A stretch of 64,000 bases of DNA. Source: Octopus vulgaris (lineage: Eukaryota). The stretch spans positions 102,920,001 through 102,984,000 of the forward strand of contig OX597820.1 of the NCBI GenBank assembly GCA_951406725.2. The letters are read 5' to 3'. Positions 51,001 to 64,000 of this stretch are shown piece after piece; position 1 is the first letter of the stretch; each line of letters begins with the position of its first letter. The notes beneath the pieces are model-generated. The model made no database searches. It was not told where the DNA came from and saw nothing but the letters and a program-made list of their open reading frames with translations. Made by a program: the position numbers and the translations under genes.

Positions 51001-52859
51001 CCCTTCTACACAACTTCCATTTCTTATGTCTACAGCAGAGAGGATTATGCCTATTGACTCGATGCACATCCAAAATCCTTGACGGTTGGTTCGCATCCGC
51101 TATGAAATTTAACGTTACTTTAACTGCTGTAAAGAAGATATACATATAATCAAACTTACTTCTATAATCATAGAGCGACGTTAGTTGTCGTATTACAACT
51201 GGAGGCGTTCTACATGTGTATGCACCTTATAAATCTAGGCACATTATTATTTTAATCTAATGTTGTTTCAAGTGCGATTATTGATTTAAAATTCATTCTA
51301 TCGTTAACACAATTGCCAGCACTGCACACCCTAGGTTGCACGCGTGGGCGCTACGAAGCCATTTACAACCAGCTCGCAAACGAAATTAATCTGTGCACAC
51401 GTTAGCTGCTTTAAAAAATAATGTACTAATCTATAATTATACATTTAGTGCGTACTTAGGTTTGTTATAGGAAAAAGTTGCACAACATAAGATTTTTACA
51501 TACACTGATAACTAAAAAGTAAAGGGAAGAATATATTACGTTGCCTTTATTATAAAGAGATGTTAGAAAGATGCATCGACGATTTCTGACAGCCATTAAT
51601 AATTTACAACCTATAATTGAGCAACTAACAGACAATATAAATCTAATTGATCATAAAATTGCCATTTCTGCTTGATTTATCGATAAAGAAGTCAAAAATC
51701 ACAGGGGAATTCTAACGTTTAGAAAACCAACAAGAAAATATTTTTAGAAATCCGAGCATAATTTTATATTAATAGAGTGAAGTAAAAGAAAAACAAAAAC
51801 AAAGTGAACTGAAGAGACTTTAAATGGTCACCCTCAAAATTACGACCTTTTATCTTAAAAAGGAAGAACGTATCGGATAATGTTGCACACTGTCTGGAAA
51901 ATATAGGACTAGGTTGTCAGAAATAAAATGTCTATTATCATAGATCTACTCAACTGCACGTGACTTGGGACTAAACAACAATAAGAAATAGAAAATTGCG
52001 TGTAATTGTGTGTATGTTTCATTGCATAGAGTGAAATTCGTGAGATTGGATAAGTTTCTATGGTGTAAAGCCGAGAGGAACCTAACGTTTAAGCTTGGTT
52101 TAACGTTTAAGCTGAGAAGGACGACAAACTGACAGAATCGTTAGCACACTGGCAAAATGCTTAGCAGCATTTCTTCTGTCTCCCTGTTCTGAGTCCAAAT
52201 TTATAAAAAAAATTAAGTAAAAGTTACAGCGCTGAAGACATATTGGCCATTCAAATATAGTGTTAACTTCACATAAAATTTGGTGGGTTTCTTTAGGAAT
52301 CCGTACAAAATGTTTAACAGCATTTCACTCGTTTTTACGTTCTCAGTTCAAATTTTGCCAAACTTTTCCCTTCATCCATTTAGGTTCGATGAAATAAGTA
52401 TCACTCAACACTGGGACCAGTGCTATAATAGAAAGAAAAATTTAGTGTACTTTGGGATGGCTTATGGCTTGTATGAGATTTCCAAGCTGTCATTGCTTTA
52501 GTTTTAACACACGATCTCATATCAAATCACTTACCTGAGAAGTACACCTCCGAAATGAAATAAAGTAGTTTAAAAAAACAAAACAAGTAATTCCTTCGAC
52601 GTGTGAAATGCTTAAATTGCCAAGCTGTTGAAATATTTTACTCGTAATTTTTAATCAGTTATACTAGTAAAGGTATGATTATGCAAGTAAAAGTTCGTTT
52701 CGTAATTACATGGTTCCCCGTTCATTCCCACAGTACGGCACCTTAAACAAGTGTCTTCTCGACCAAAAGCTTTCGTGCAAAATATGCTTCATGATTAATG
52801 TTACACCCCTATATTTAGTGGCTATTTAAGCAATGAGTTAGTGGATGATTAATGGATTG

Positions 52860-52905
52860 GATGATGCTGATGAGGGAGCAAAAACTCCTGAAACGTGTCA
52901 TGCAC
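52860..52905 (+). ncRNA. Hammerhead-like core with poor stem I
   Basis: CTGATGA-gggag-caaaaa-ctcct-GAAA-cgtg-TC. Stem II is good but stem I pairing is not convincing. Confidence 0.45.
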
Positions 52906-53381
52906 ACACATTACCCATTTTGCATCTGCGCTCTCATTGTTTGTTTATATCTGGCGTCAAGGATACGAAAAGTTTTAGCAAAATCAGTATTGGGTATAAT
53001 TTCTATAGAAAATCTGTGGAGATAACCTTAACAAGCCTCATGAGAGCTGAGTGGAACTCTGCAAGAATGGTCACTCCTTATATTGGTAGCCTTAATCTAT
53101 AACCCTGTTTGACACCACTACGTCGACGTGAGTGTATTTTACGGGACCTACGCTGTTGTAAGAATTTGGGCTAGGTTTCTGATTGATCTGAGGGTAATCT
53201 CCTGCCCCAGAGAACCTGAAAAAGTCCCCTTCCTCCTCTAATAAAGAAATATAGAAAATAAGAAAAATGCATAAGCACATAAAATGTTTTAGTCTTGTTT
53301 CTACCAGAAACATCATAGACAATATCATAGGTTAATTAAGTTATTGTAATAGACATCACATTTATAGAGAAAAATTAACAA

Positions 53382-53413
<32 letters not shown>

Positions 53414-54868
53414 CTTATGTGTGTGCATATGCACGTGTGTAAATAAACGCACTATAAACATATATCAGAACATAATATCTGTTTAAAATTCTATAGCTAT
53501 ATTTTATAGTGCGTCATCGGTATATTTATATGTGTCTACATAGACACACACACACACACACACACACACAACGCACATATATGTTCATGTTGTGCACATA
53601 TGCTTGCATAATCGTAATATTGCACGTATATTCATACATGCATACATATGCGTATATGTGTGCGTATATAAATCTACACGCCCACGCGCCTGTGTGTAAT
53701 AAATCGGTAGCAATGAACGGTGAAAGAAATATTTAATATAAGTAGTGTATAATTATTTTATTTGGCTGAACCTACAAATCGTTGTACGCGGGTTTCCGCA
53801 TTCGAAAACGTTTCTTCAGATGGTAACTATAGAAAACAAATACAACATTGCAATGAAAGCTCACTTCCCTTGCTTAAATAAGTCCTCCGGCTTTTAACGT
53901 GTAAAATGAGATTAAGCAACAAAAGTAAAAAACCTTCTTTAATGCACTGGGTCAAGGGAAACAATCAGATGACCACCAAACAGATATAACTGACACTGAG
54001 CGGACCAGAAATAAATTAGCATATGAAATAAATATATACAGTTTTAATATGGAATAGAATAAAAATAAGATGCCATGGGAAGTGTTTGACCAATACAAAT
54101 GATCTTCAGAGAATCATTACAGTTTTGTATTTGAAAATTATTTATATCTTGATTTCATATATTTAAATTGAGAATTCAAAGCGTAATTTACAAGCTAAAC
54201 AAATAAATATTCGATTAAATAGCTAAATAGATAGTTTCAGTAAACACTTATTTGAATAAATTGTTAGTTAACATAATTATAAAGTTAAACATTTGCTTAA
54301 TGATTAATAATAATGGCTTAATGAATTAATAATTGATTAATTGATGATACGAGATATGATAGACGTTATATCAAGGCAACACGCAACAAACAGCACAGCA
54401 GGTGAGAATTATTCAAGGAGGAGAAAATCAGATGGTACTACATGATGTCGTTTGGTAGAGAAAGTTTCATAGTACAGAGTTAAGTTTATGGATTCGTAAT
54501 TAGAGTATGAATTTATCATTGTCAAAACCTCATTGTTTGTGATACGCAAATGGTGTAAGCGCAAAGGTGAACTCCAGTATGAAGTTATCGAAAGCAATTA
54601 ATGATATTGTAGTGTCTTTAAGATATTGTGCAATATAGGCTACAAAGTGTGTCTGTCTCTGTGTGTTTGTGTAGACATCTGTGTTTGCCTGTGTATGTAA
54701 GTGTGATTTTTCTGTGAGTTTCATTTAAATTCTTGGGAGAGTTCAAGCCGGTTGTAAATACATTTAGTTGGTCTGTTCGTTGAACTGTCGATGCATACAC
54801 CTAACGGATTGCATATGTTCACATAAGAATCTCAGATGGAGTATTTTGGGAATGTCTTATAAATCTTC

Positions 54869-55648
54869 ACTGTGCCACTAATAGATTAGATTTGGAGAAT
54901 CCACCTCAGCTTCTTTCTTTCTCTGTGAAACCGAGTATTTCCATGTATGTATGTATGTATGTATGTATGTATGTATGTATGTATGTATGTATGTATGTAT
55001 GTATGTATGTATGTGTGTGTGTGTATATGTACGTACATACGTACGTACAAATGTTTGCATGCATGTATGTATGAATGTATGTATATATCTATGTATGTAT
55101 GTTTGAACGTACGTGCTTATACAAATCGGAATATTCACCCCGCCTCAATACTGAGTCGCATATTTGCTCTCACTTTCTTCAAGAAGCAAAATCGCTATTT
55201 ATCAATTCCGTGTTAAAGCTCACAAAAAAAATTGTTTTCTTACAAGAATAACATGCAAATAATCAAGCAACTGGAATAGTGACGGAGTGAAACCTCATTC
55301 TTTGTGTGAAAACAAAAGTACATGTTAATGCTTGTTTCCAAATGCATACAATATGTGCAAAGTTGTGTTAAGTAAATAAGTCATATTACTGAGTATGCGC
55401 TGTGGATAAATATACATTTCATTAAAGGTAATGGTTGTTCCATTATGGTCACTACTCAAATTTTGCCTCGGCTTGTGATTTTCATAATCCATTACAATGG
55501 AAGAAACATACATATATTTACATATTTATGTACGAACATACATAAAAATGTAACTATGATTCAAAATAAAATTATTCGTTAAAGATGGTCACAGAGAAAG
55601 AAAGAAGCTGAGGTGGATTCTCCAAATCCAATCTATTAGTGGCACAGT
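54869..55648. mobile_element. Putative MITE with 60-bp terminal inverted repeats
   Basis: 54869-54928 and 55589-55648 are reverse complements with 1 mismatch. The interior is non-coding and contains (TATG)n. Confidence 0.65.
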
Positions 55649-55768
55649 ATACGAGCTTATTATCTTATATATTTTTAATAAATACAATGTATATTATTAT
55701 TATATTTGATGGCTAACCAATCATGAATCTTTTTATTGACAATGTCTTCTATTTCCTAAAAGGGTATT

Positions 55769-55814
<46 letters not shown>

Positions 55815-55819
55815 TTATA

Positions 55820-56005
55820 TCCTTTTATTTGTTTCAGTCACTGACTGCGGCCATGCTGGAGCACCGACTTTAGTCGAACGCATCGACCCTAGGACTAGTA
55901 CTTTGTAAGCCTAGTACTTACACTATATTACGTGGACGTAAACACACCAGCATCGGTTGTCAGGTGATGATAGGGTGGCCAATCACAGACACACACACAA
56001 ATATA
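55820..56005 (-). mobile_element. SINE family A 3' half (its other half appears at 59459-59545)
   Basis: gtttcagtca.tgactgcggccatgctggagcacc...gtaaacacaccagcatcggttgtc matches 49913-50100. Confidence 0.75.
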
Positions 56006-56007
56006 TA

Positions 56008-58647
56008 TCTATATATATAAAACTGAGAATGTGTGTCTGTCTGTCTGTCTGTCTGTGTGAATCCCTAAAACTTGAGAACTACACAACCAATTTCATTCAA
56101 ATTTTACACATGCCTTACTTAGGGGCCATGTAGTGTCATGAGCAAAACAAATCTTTAATTTCTTGCCTAGGACGAGCCCACAGCAATATCATATCTTCTC
56201 CACTATTTCAGTATTACGTGTTAAAAGTGAAACAAAAACATCTCCTTATTGTATATATATATATACATCTATATATATATATATATAGTGCAGCTCTGAT
56301 GCAATAAAATAGTGATTCTTCTACAAAGTCACTCGAAGAACTGAGAAAGGCAAGAAATAAAAACCATCTGACTGCCAGACGCTGTGCAAATAGGTATTGG
56401 CAGGAAATCTGCCAAGTCAGCTGCTGACAGTGGCGACACCCGTGGGAGGTATGCCGGTTTGAAGAAGGCCCTCGGTCCATCCGCAGCCAAGTCAACCAAG
56501 AAACAAGACTCCGGGAAAAGACGGCATCCCTTTAGGGATCATCAAAACCGGCAAAACACCATCCTGCTTCTTCGGCATGTTCATGAGCTTCTGTATCAGT
56601 GCTGGGAAGAGATTACAGTCCCTCAGGATATGTGGAATGCTAACATTATTACGCTTTACAAAAACAAAGGTGACCGTGATGATTGTAACAATTACCGTGG
56701 AATATCTCTTCTAAGCACTATTGGAAAGACCTTTGCTCGCGTTATCCTGTCCAGGCTACAACTGCTTGCTTCTCGAATTTATCCAGAATCGCAGTGTGGC
56801 TTTAGAAGAAGTAGATCAACTATTGACATGATATTCTCCATACGCCAACTTCAGGAGAAGTCCAGAGAGCAGAAAATGCCATTATATATGGCCTTCATTG
56901 ATCTGGCAAAGGCCTTTGACTTGGTAAGTAGAAAAAGCCTTTTCATCCTGCTCAAAAAAATCGGATGTCCACCAAAGCTGGTGAGGTTCATCAAATCTTT
57001 CCATGATGATATGCAAGGCACCATACAACAAATTGGTTCAACATAAGCCGCTTTCCAATTAAAAAAACAGGGTACGGCAAGGTTGTGTCCTTGCTCCTAC
57101 ATTATATGGCATCTTCTTCTCGCTGCTGTTGTCACATGCCTTTGAGACATCAGATGATGGAGTGGTTCTGCATAGTAGAAGTGACGGGAAACTGTTCAAT
57201 CTCTCGCGTCTGCGTGCCATGACCAAAATCAGAAGCGTCCTGATCAAGGAGATGCTATTTGCTGATGATGCCGTTCTGGTATCACACACAGAAGAAGCCC
57301 TACAAAGGCTCATCAACTGTTTTGAGCAAGCATGTAGCGACTCTGGCTTAGTTATCAGCCTCAAGAAGACCAACATCATAGGTCGGGTTACATCAGACAT
57401 CCCAAACATACATATTGGAGACCACAGATTACAGGAGGTGGAGAAGTTTACCTATCTTGGCTCTACCGTCACCTACAACCTATCCCTTGATGCTGAGCTC
57501 AATATACGCATTGGCAAGGCAGCTGCTGTGATGACCCAACTCTCCAAATTGGCATGGGACAACAATAAGCTGACCATGACCACAAAAAGAAGATTTACCA
57601 GGCTTGTGTACTTAGCACTCTACTGTATGGAATTGAGACTTGGATGCCATACACACGCCAAGAGCGTTGCCTAAATATCTTTCACCTGCGCTGCCTTCGG
57701 AAAATCCTTCTCATCAAATGGCAGAATCATGTCCCCCAACAAAGATGTCCTCAAGCAAACAGGAATACCAAGCATGTTTGCACTCCTCACACAAAGACGT
57801 ATGAGATGGCTTGGACATGTTAGCCGTATGGAAGATGGCAGAATCCCCAAGGACATACCCTTCGGAGAGCTTGCTAGGAGCACTAGCTCTGTGGGAAGAG
57901 TGTTCTTACGATACAAGATGAGTAACTGGTTATGAGAGACATTTATAGATTGTAAATTTATTCTGTCCAGTTACGTATCAGTATAGGGGTCATTTGCGAA
58001 ATCCAGAGGTGACACTTTCATTTCTCCTTAGCCCTCACGTCACACAGTTGTTAATGTTTATTTCAGTTGGGTCACGTCCTTCCAATTGCTTCAGATTCGT
58101 AATGCATCGTACGGCTGTGCCTGTCACCTGGACGGTGAGGAATCCTACACTGGGAGTGGTAACGACCAGGGTACGGTAGCTGGCTGCTTATTGTGATCAT
58201 TCGTCATTTGTTTTCCTGTAGCTTTGCTCTCTTTTACAAACCCAGTGAACATATATTTCCTATTTCAAAGAAATTCAAACAATAGAAATAAGACCCAATT
58301 TTAAAAGATTCTCAACAATTCGACTTCTCTGGTTGACATTAAGATACCGACCCCCGACAGGGGCCTTAACTCTCACATGACCTCCATGACCTCCATTTTG
58401 CAGGAGCAAAATACTTTTAACAGGTTCTATAAGACTGGAATTTTGGAATATGCGCATAAAAATCAGTAGTATGGGATACATGTGGCACGATTACAATTTT
58501 GTTTGGGTGTGTAAAGAGGGAAATAACCTTATCTGCAATTTTGATGAAATTCGAAACATAGGTATTCCAGTTCATTACAGAAAATATAACAGAAAGGTCT
58601 AATTCTTCAATTGTATGTAACTTGGGCAACGCCGGGTACCTCTGCTA

Positions 58648-58648
<1 letters not shown>
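56008..58648 (+). mobile_element. Non-autonomous Helitron carrying a nested RTE
   Basis: A|TC start (tctatatatataaaa, then (gtct)n and aaccaatttcattcaaatttt). The 3' end is cttgggcaacgccggg...CTAG|T. Confidence 0.7.
56288..57920 (+). mobile_element. RTE-clade LINE RT region, decayed
   Basis: LYKNKGDR.DCNNYRGISLLS; PESQCGFR..RSTIDMIF..RQLQEK; AFIDLAKAFD; VRQGCVLAP; MLFADD; FTYLGS; RWLGHVSRM...RIPK. Confidence 0.92.
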
Positions 58649-58688
<40 letters not shown>

Positions 58689-58755
58689 CCTAAGGCCAAG
58701 TAAAGCCATGTGAGTGGATTTGGTAGACGGAAACTGAAAAAGAACCCGTCGTATA

Positions 58756-59354
58756 TGTAACGAACTTAGTGTGCTTGAATATATCTTCTCTTGTACTTTC
58801 GGGGTACAAGAAAGCAATCACTAGCCGTTGCTTTAATAATCCAGAATTCTACCAGTCAGAAACAACAAGACGCAAACGTAAAAAAATATATAACTACTTT
58901 ATTCTCTTATGGTGAGAGATCAGTGGTATATCTGATGTCCTTGGTTCTGGGCGCGCAAGGCTGAAAGTTAATCGATTGTAATATTTACAATGTTCAGCCG
59001 CTAAAAACAGAACGGGTTAAAGATGGCCGCGGAATATGAAGACGATGTTATCCGCAACAATTTGGTAAAAACCTTCGGCCGACTGCTATCAAAGCTGGAC
59101 AGCGAGAAATATATACGTCCGTCGCCTTCGGTCGCTGCTGTCCCAAGTCACTGCTGACTGCTGCTAGTGGTCAAACGTTCTACGACCCCCTTGCCTTGGC
59201 TAACTACCACGTAGGCAAAAGGGTCGTGCTTCCGGTGGTTCGCGCATGCGCGAGAGGGCCCTTCCTTTCTTGCCTTGGTGAAGGCACCAACACTCGCACG
59301 CGCGAAATAGAAAATGGACGGTGCGCGAGCGCGCACCGTTATAGGATCACTACA
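58756..59354 (-). mobile_element. Solo LTR (599 bp)
   Basis: TGTA...TACA termini with tata on both sides (58752-55, 59355-58) as a candidate TSD. AATAAA on the minus strand near 58900. GC-rich U3-like part at 59100-59340. Confidence 0.7.
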
Positions 59355-59383
59355 TATATATATATATATATATGCAGAAATAG

Positions 59384-59461
<78 letters not shown>

Positions 59462-60458
59462 GACTTGTTCTTTTTCAGTTTCCGTCTACCAAATCCACTC
59501 ACAAGGCTTTAGTTGGCCTTAGGCTACAGTACAAGATACTTGCTCGTATATATAACGCTATATGTATATATATCATATAAACAATGTCGTGTTCGTTAAC
59601 CCTGTTGGCATATTTAAATGAATTTAGCCGCAAAATAAATATTGGATGCCTTTATTACTATTCTGCAATTTTATTCGTCAATTGCCCACGAAGCATATCT
59701 ATATTACTAAACAAACTAGAATTGCATTAATACTTTGTTCTGCAGAATATCAATCCAATCTCAGTTTTCGTGTCCCTTTCGCTCATGTTTTTGATAAGGC
59801 GCACTGATGTTCTCTTAGGCGCGCTCATGTTCTTTTTAGGCGCACTCAAATTTGTAGGTCGCAGAATCCACAAAACGTTCGATATTTAGTAACCTTTCTT
59901 GAAGTTCTGAGATCATATCTCCTCTAAGCCGACTTCATATTTCATCGTACAAGGTCGATAAGATATGTACTGAAGCCAGTTTATTCGATTTAAACCCATC
60001 CACTCACTTTTGTTACCTTCTGTCTATCTTAGGGATTAGTGTTACTGTATGGTAGCGTGGATAGAGCTTCAGAATAGTTGTATTTAGTGTGTTTAGATTC
60101 CATGTTCATATCGATCGGGGTCAACTTCCCTTTTCCTTCATACAGATCAACGTGACATATCTATTCATGAAGTACTGTACTCGATGACTAAATCGATTCC
60201 TTTTCTCTGAAAATATATGACTTTGTACCTGCGTTAAAAATGAATATGAGTGCCGTGGTACAAGGAATTGTTTACTAGATTACTTCACAGTTCAAATCAG
60301 TAAACACTGCTAATGCTCTCAGGTGTGACATGTAAGTTAGTACAATTAATACTCCTTATAACTTCTAACATTATTATCATTATAAGGATTGCGTAAATTA
60401 TTTAGTTTGTAGTCTGAAATTTTGGGTTGACTTATTGAAATGAAAAAGGGCAGAAATA

Positions 60459-60622
60459 TAGTAATCCCTCGACTATCGCTGAGATCCGGATATACTGAGG
60501 AGTCCACGATATAAATTTACATATATTAGCCAGAAAAATCGCGATGTACTGAGCGCACGATAGGTGAATCACGATGTACTGATTACACGATAGGTGAACC
60601 GCGATATGGCGAGGGGTTACAC
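60459..60622. mobile_element. Tc1/pogo(Tigger)-like MITE with internal 30-bp repeats
   Basis: TIRs tagtaatccctcgactatcgc / gcgatatggcgaggggttac. Internal cgatgtactga...cacgataggtgaa occurs twice. Confidence 0.6.
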
Positions 60623-60884
60623 ATAAATGTTGGTGAGACGATGATAATATTTGGTTTGACAAGAACAGAACTGGCTGTTGATGTTTATTCAATTTATGAT
60701 TTCAAACATTTATTCTTGATCTTTTCGCTGCTTCTATAAATTATCTTGTCTCTATGGAAGAAATCAATATCTGCTGCGATAAAATTTACTGCGTTATTGG
60801 CTTCAAATTTTGGCACAAGGCCAGCAATTTTGGGGGAGAGGATACATCGCTTACATTCCATTATTATTATTATAATTATTATTA

Positions 60885-61650
60885 TTAGCACGCTGAAGGA
60901 AATGCTTAGCGGTATTTCGCCCGTCGCTTCGTTGAGTTCAAATTCCGCCGATGTCGACTTTGTCTTTCATCCTTTCGGGTTTGGTAAAATAAGTACCAGT
61001 GAAACACTGGGGTCGATGTAATCGACTAGACCCCATCCTCAAAAATGTCAGGCCTTGTGCCTATAGTAGAAAGAATCGTTAGCACACCGGACAAAATGTT
61101 TAGCAACGGTTAGTCCGTCTTTACGTTCAAATTTAGTGGAGGTCGTCTTTGTCTTCCATTCTTTTGAGACCGATTAAACAAGCATTAGTTGAGCACTGAA
61201 GTCGATGTAATTGACTTACTCCCATCCCCAAATTTCAAGCCTTGTGCCCATTGTAGAAAGAACTATTGTTGTTGTTGTAAAGGCGGTAAACTGGCAGAAT
61301 CTTTGTACGCCGACAGTAATGCGTAGCTAGATTTCTTCTGGCTTTTTGCGATCTAAGTTCAAATGGCACCGAGTTTTACTTTGTCATTCATCCTTTAGGT
61401 GTGGATAAAGTAAAGTACCATTTCTTCACTATGTAATGGACTAACTCCTTTCCTTAAATTTCGGGTTTTGTGACTATTATAGAAAGAATTATTGTAAACT
61501 CAGCAAACTGACAGAATTGCTAGCGTGCCGGGGTAAAGCTTAGCTGTATTTCGTCCGTTTTTAGGTTCTGAGTTCAAATTCTGCCGAGATCGACTTTGCC
61601 ATTCCGCTTCATGTGGCGATAAAAAAATACTAAGTGTGCACTGGGGTTGA
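60885..61650 (+). repeat. Tandem array of about 4 diverged SINE family B units (~190-220 bp)
   Basis: ttagca..c.g...aaatg.ttagc...gttcaaatt...gtcgactttg...gtcgatgtaat recurs at about 60885, 61078, 61280 and 61500. Confidence 0.75.
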
Positions 61651-61967
61651 CGTTATTTTAGTGTGTATGGTCACTAATTTAGGGTGAGTGTTCTTTGATT
61701 TAATGTATGAAGAGTATCCATGACACAATCCATTTTAGTGTGCATTTGACAAGCGTTTATAAAGAATGTCAGAAGGCAGTTCATTTACAACGAAACATTG
61801 CAAACTTTATTTAAATGAAACGAGTGCTGGCAAATAGTAAAAATGATTAATCTGCATGTGTATGCGAATCATCAATATGCGTATGCGAGACGGGAAAACT
61901 CTTATAACTTACTTTTTACACAGATGGGTTATATAGAACAAAAATGTACCGCTCGTTTGAGGCAGAA

Positions 61968-62252
61968 TTATGGGATTGCACCTAGAAAGTTACCCTCCTA
62001 GACACAAGTCCGGGCAAGGTTGTTTATGGAAGGCCAGCAGTCGCCCATGCATACCAGCCTCCCCTCTCCACGCAACCAGTGCTATCCAAGGGAAAGACAA
62101 AGGTCGATACAGCTTGGCACCAGTGACGTCGCAACTCATTTCTACAGCTGAGTGAACTGGAGCAACGTGAAAATAAAGTGCCTTGCTCGAGAACACAAGA
62201 CGCAGCCCGGTCCGGGATTCGAGCTCACAACCTCACGATCGTAAGTTCGACC
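61968..62252 (-). mobile_element. SINE family C
   Basis: Homologous to 11930-12222. Confidence 0.75.
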
Positions 62253-63437
62253 TGATAGCATTCAAGTGACTTGCGTGAAGTTGGTGGTGAACACAAAAAC
62301 TGAGGCATGGTAAAAAAAGAGATCTTACTTCAAGGCCGTCTTTTCAACAACTAATTTGAAACAGCTGCTTCACTACTAAGGCAGATCACTGCCGTTTGTA
62401 TTCATACGCCTCCAGCCCTGATTGGCTGGATTCTTTAACGGCACAACTGAATTATGCCACGACGAAAAAATAGATCTTTCCTGACTCGCTACAATAGCAA
62501 CTAACTGCCACATTCTAAAATTGCTGACCTTGTGTCAAAATTTGTTACAATTATCAAATGCAGTGAGCTGGCGTAATTGTTAGCATGCCGGACAAAATGC
62601 GTAGCGGCATTTATTCCGATCTGAGGTCAAATTCCACCGAGGTTGGCTTTGGCTTGAACATTAGAGTTGATGTAATCGACAAGCTCCCTGCCACGAAATT
62701 GCTGGCCTTGTGCCAAGGTTTAAAACCAATATTATTACCGTTCTTATTCTTGTCTCTGCTAATAGTTTCATCATTGTTGAAATTCTTTGCTGAAGTCTGT
62801 AGCAGATGTCTGGGGCAAGGAAATCGGTTATTTAACGTTCATTTGATGATGTTCACTTACTTGCAAATAGAGGCTTTGGGATATTTGAACGTACATCCCG
62901 TAACCACAGTGTGTAATAGTGTCACAGGACGCAAAATGCATCAGCATTTATATTTGATTTCATGAAAAATTATATTTTCATTTTGTATCGTACATAGAAA
63001 GTAATTACACTCTAAGGATATGTGTTTATCAACTGGTAGGTTTTCAGCTTTATATTTTGTCATTAGAAATCTAATAATTTAGCTCAGAGATTGTAGTGGA
63101 AGCTTAGAGCCACTTAAAAACATTTGTTGCAAATCAATTTATCAGCTTTCCTCTAAACAGAATTCAGACAGAAAATCTGCTGTCATAAATAGTTGGTACT
63201 TCAGATTGTCAAAATAAGGAAATTGAAAATCAAAGTCAATTTTAGATATAGAGAAATGATTCTGCGTTTATTCATTTTAGAAATTAAATCATTCTTATTT
63301 CTATTTACATCTTTTCTATCTTTATGATTAATGTTAGAAATTGCAAGTTAATTGAAAAGCAAATTATTACAATTTTTATTCAAATAAATATTTTCAGGAA
63401 AATATATGTGTAATTAAATGTATGCAATGATATATGT

Positions 63438-63552
63438 TGTATGTATGTATGTATGTATGTATGTATGTATGTATGTATGTATGTATGTATGTATGTATGT
63501 ATGTATATATGTATGTATGTATATATGTATGTATGTATATATGTTATTTTAT

Positions 63553-63622
<70 letters not shown>

Positions 63623-63741
63623 CATAAGAATGTATATGCATGCATTTATATATTTATATATGTAATAGGCATATGCGGATATGTGTTCATGTATATATTA
63701 ACATAAATACTCTCACAAAAGTTTGCATTTTTACATACATT

Positions 63742-63810
<69 letters not shown>

Positions 63811-63856
63811 GTACGTACATACATAGAGGCATACGCACATACATACATACAGACAT

Positions 63857-63915
<59 letters not shown>
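63438..63915. repeat. Compound microsatellites (TATG)n, (TA)n, (TG)n, (CAGA)n
   Basis: Seen directly in the sequence. They are representative of dozens of similar tracts across the window. Confidence 0.95.
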
Positions 63916-64000
63916 TATGTGTGCAGGCTTGGCTATGTATGTAAGAAGTTCGCTCTTCGTAACCATGGAAATCCCTTGTTCGATCCTAATCTGTACCATC

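Overview
This is an AT-rich, microsatellite-dense eukaryotic intergenic or intronic window. By inference from its SINE, Penelope, RTE and R4/Dong content it is probably cephalopod (Octopus-like). I found no host protein-coding exon, tRNA, rRNA or CRISPR array, and most listed ORFs are translations of (TA)n, (CA)n or (CATA)n tracts. The window is a graveyard of transposable elements: two large decayed Penelope-like elements (RT + GIY-YIG) and many PLE terminal-repeat remnants; LINE pieces of CR1-, RTE-, R4/Dong- and Tx1/L1-type; three mariner remnants; two non-autonomous Helitrons; MITEs; a solo LTR; and many tRNA-derived SINEs. The most striking signal, invisible in the ORF track, is a population of about a dozen type I hammerhead-ribozyme (HHR) motifs in short non-coding units. 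Two are near-perfect fold-back cassettes (19282-19836 and 25782-26199) with one HHR in each arm. Two are retrozyme-like 326-356 bp tandem-plus-inverted arrays (41965-42725 and 49125-49895). All HHR folds were paired by eye; activity is untested.
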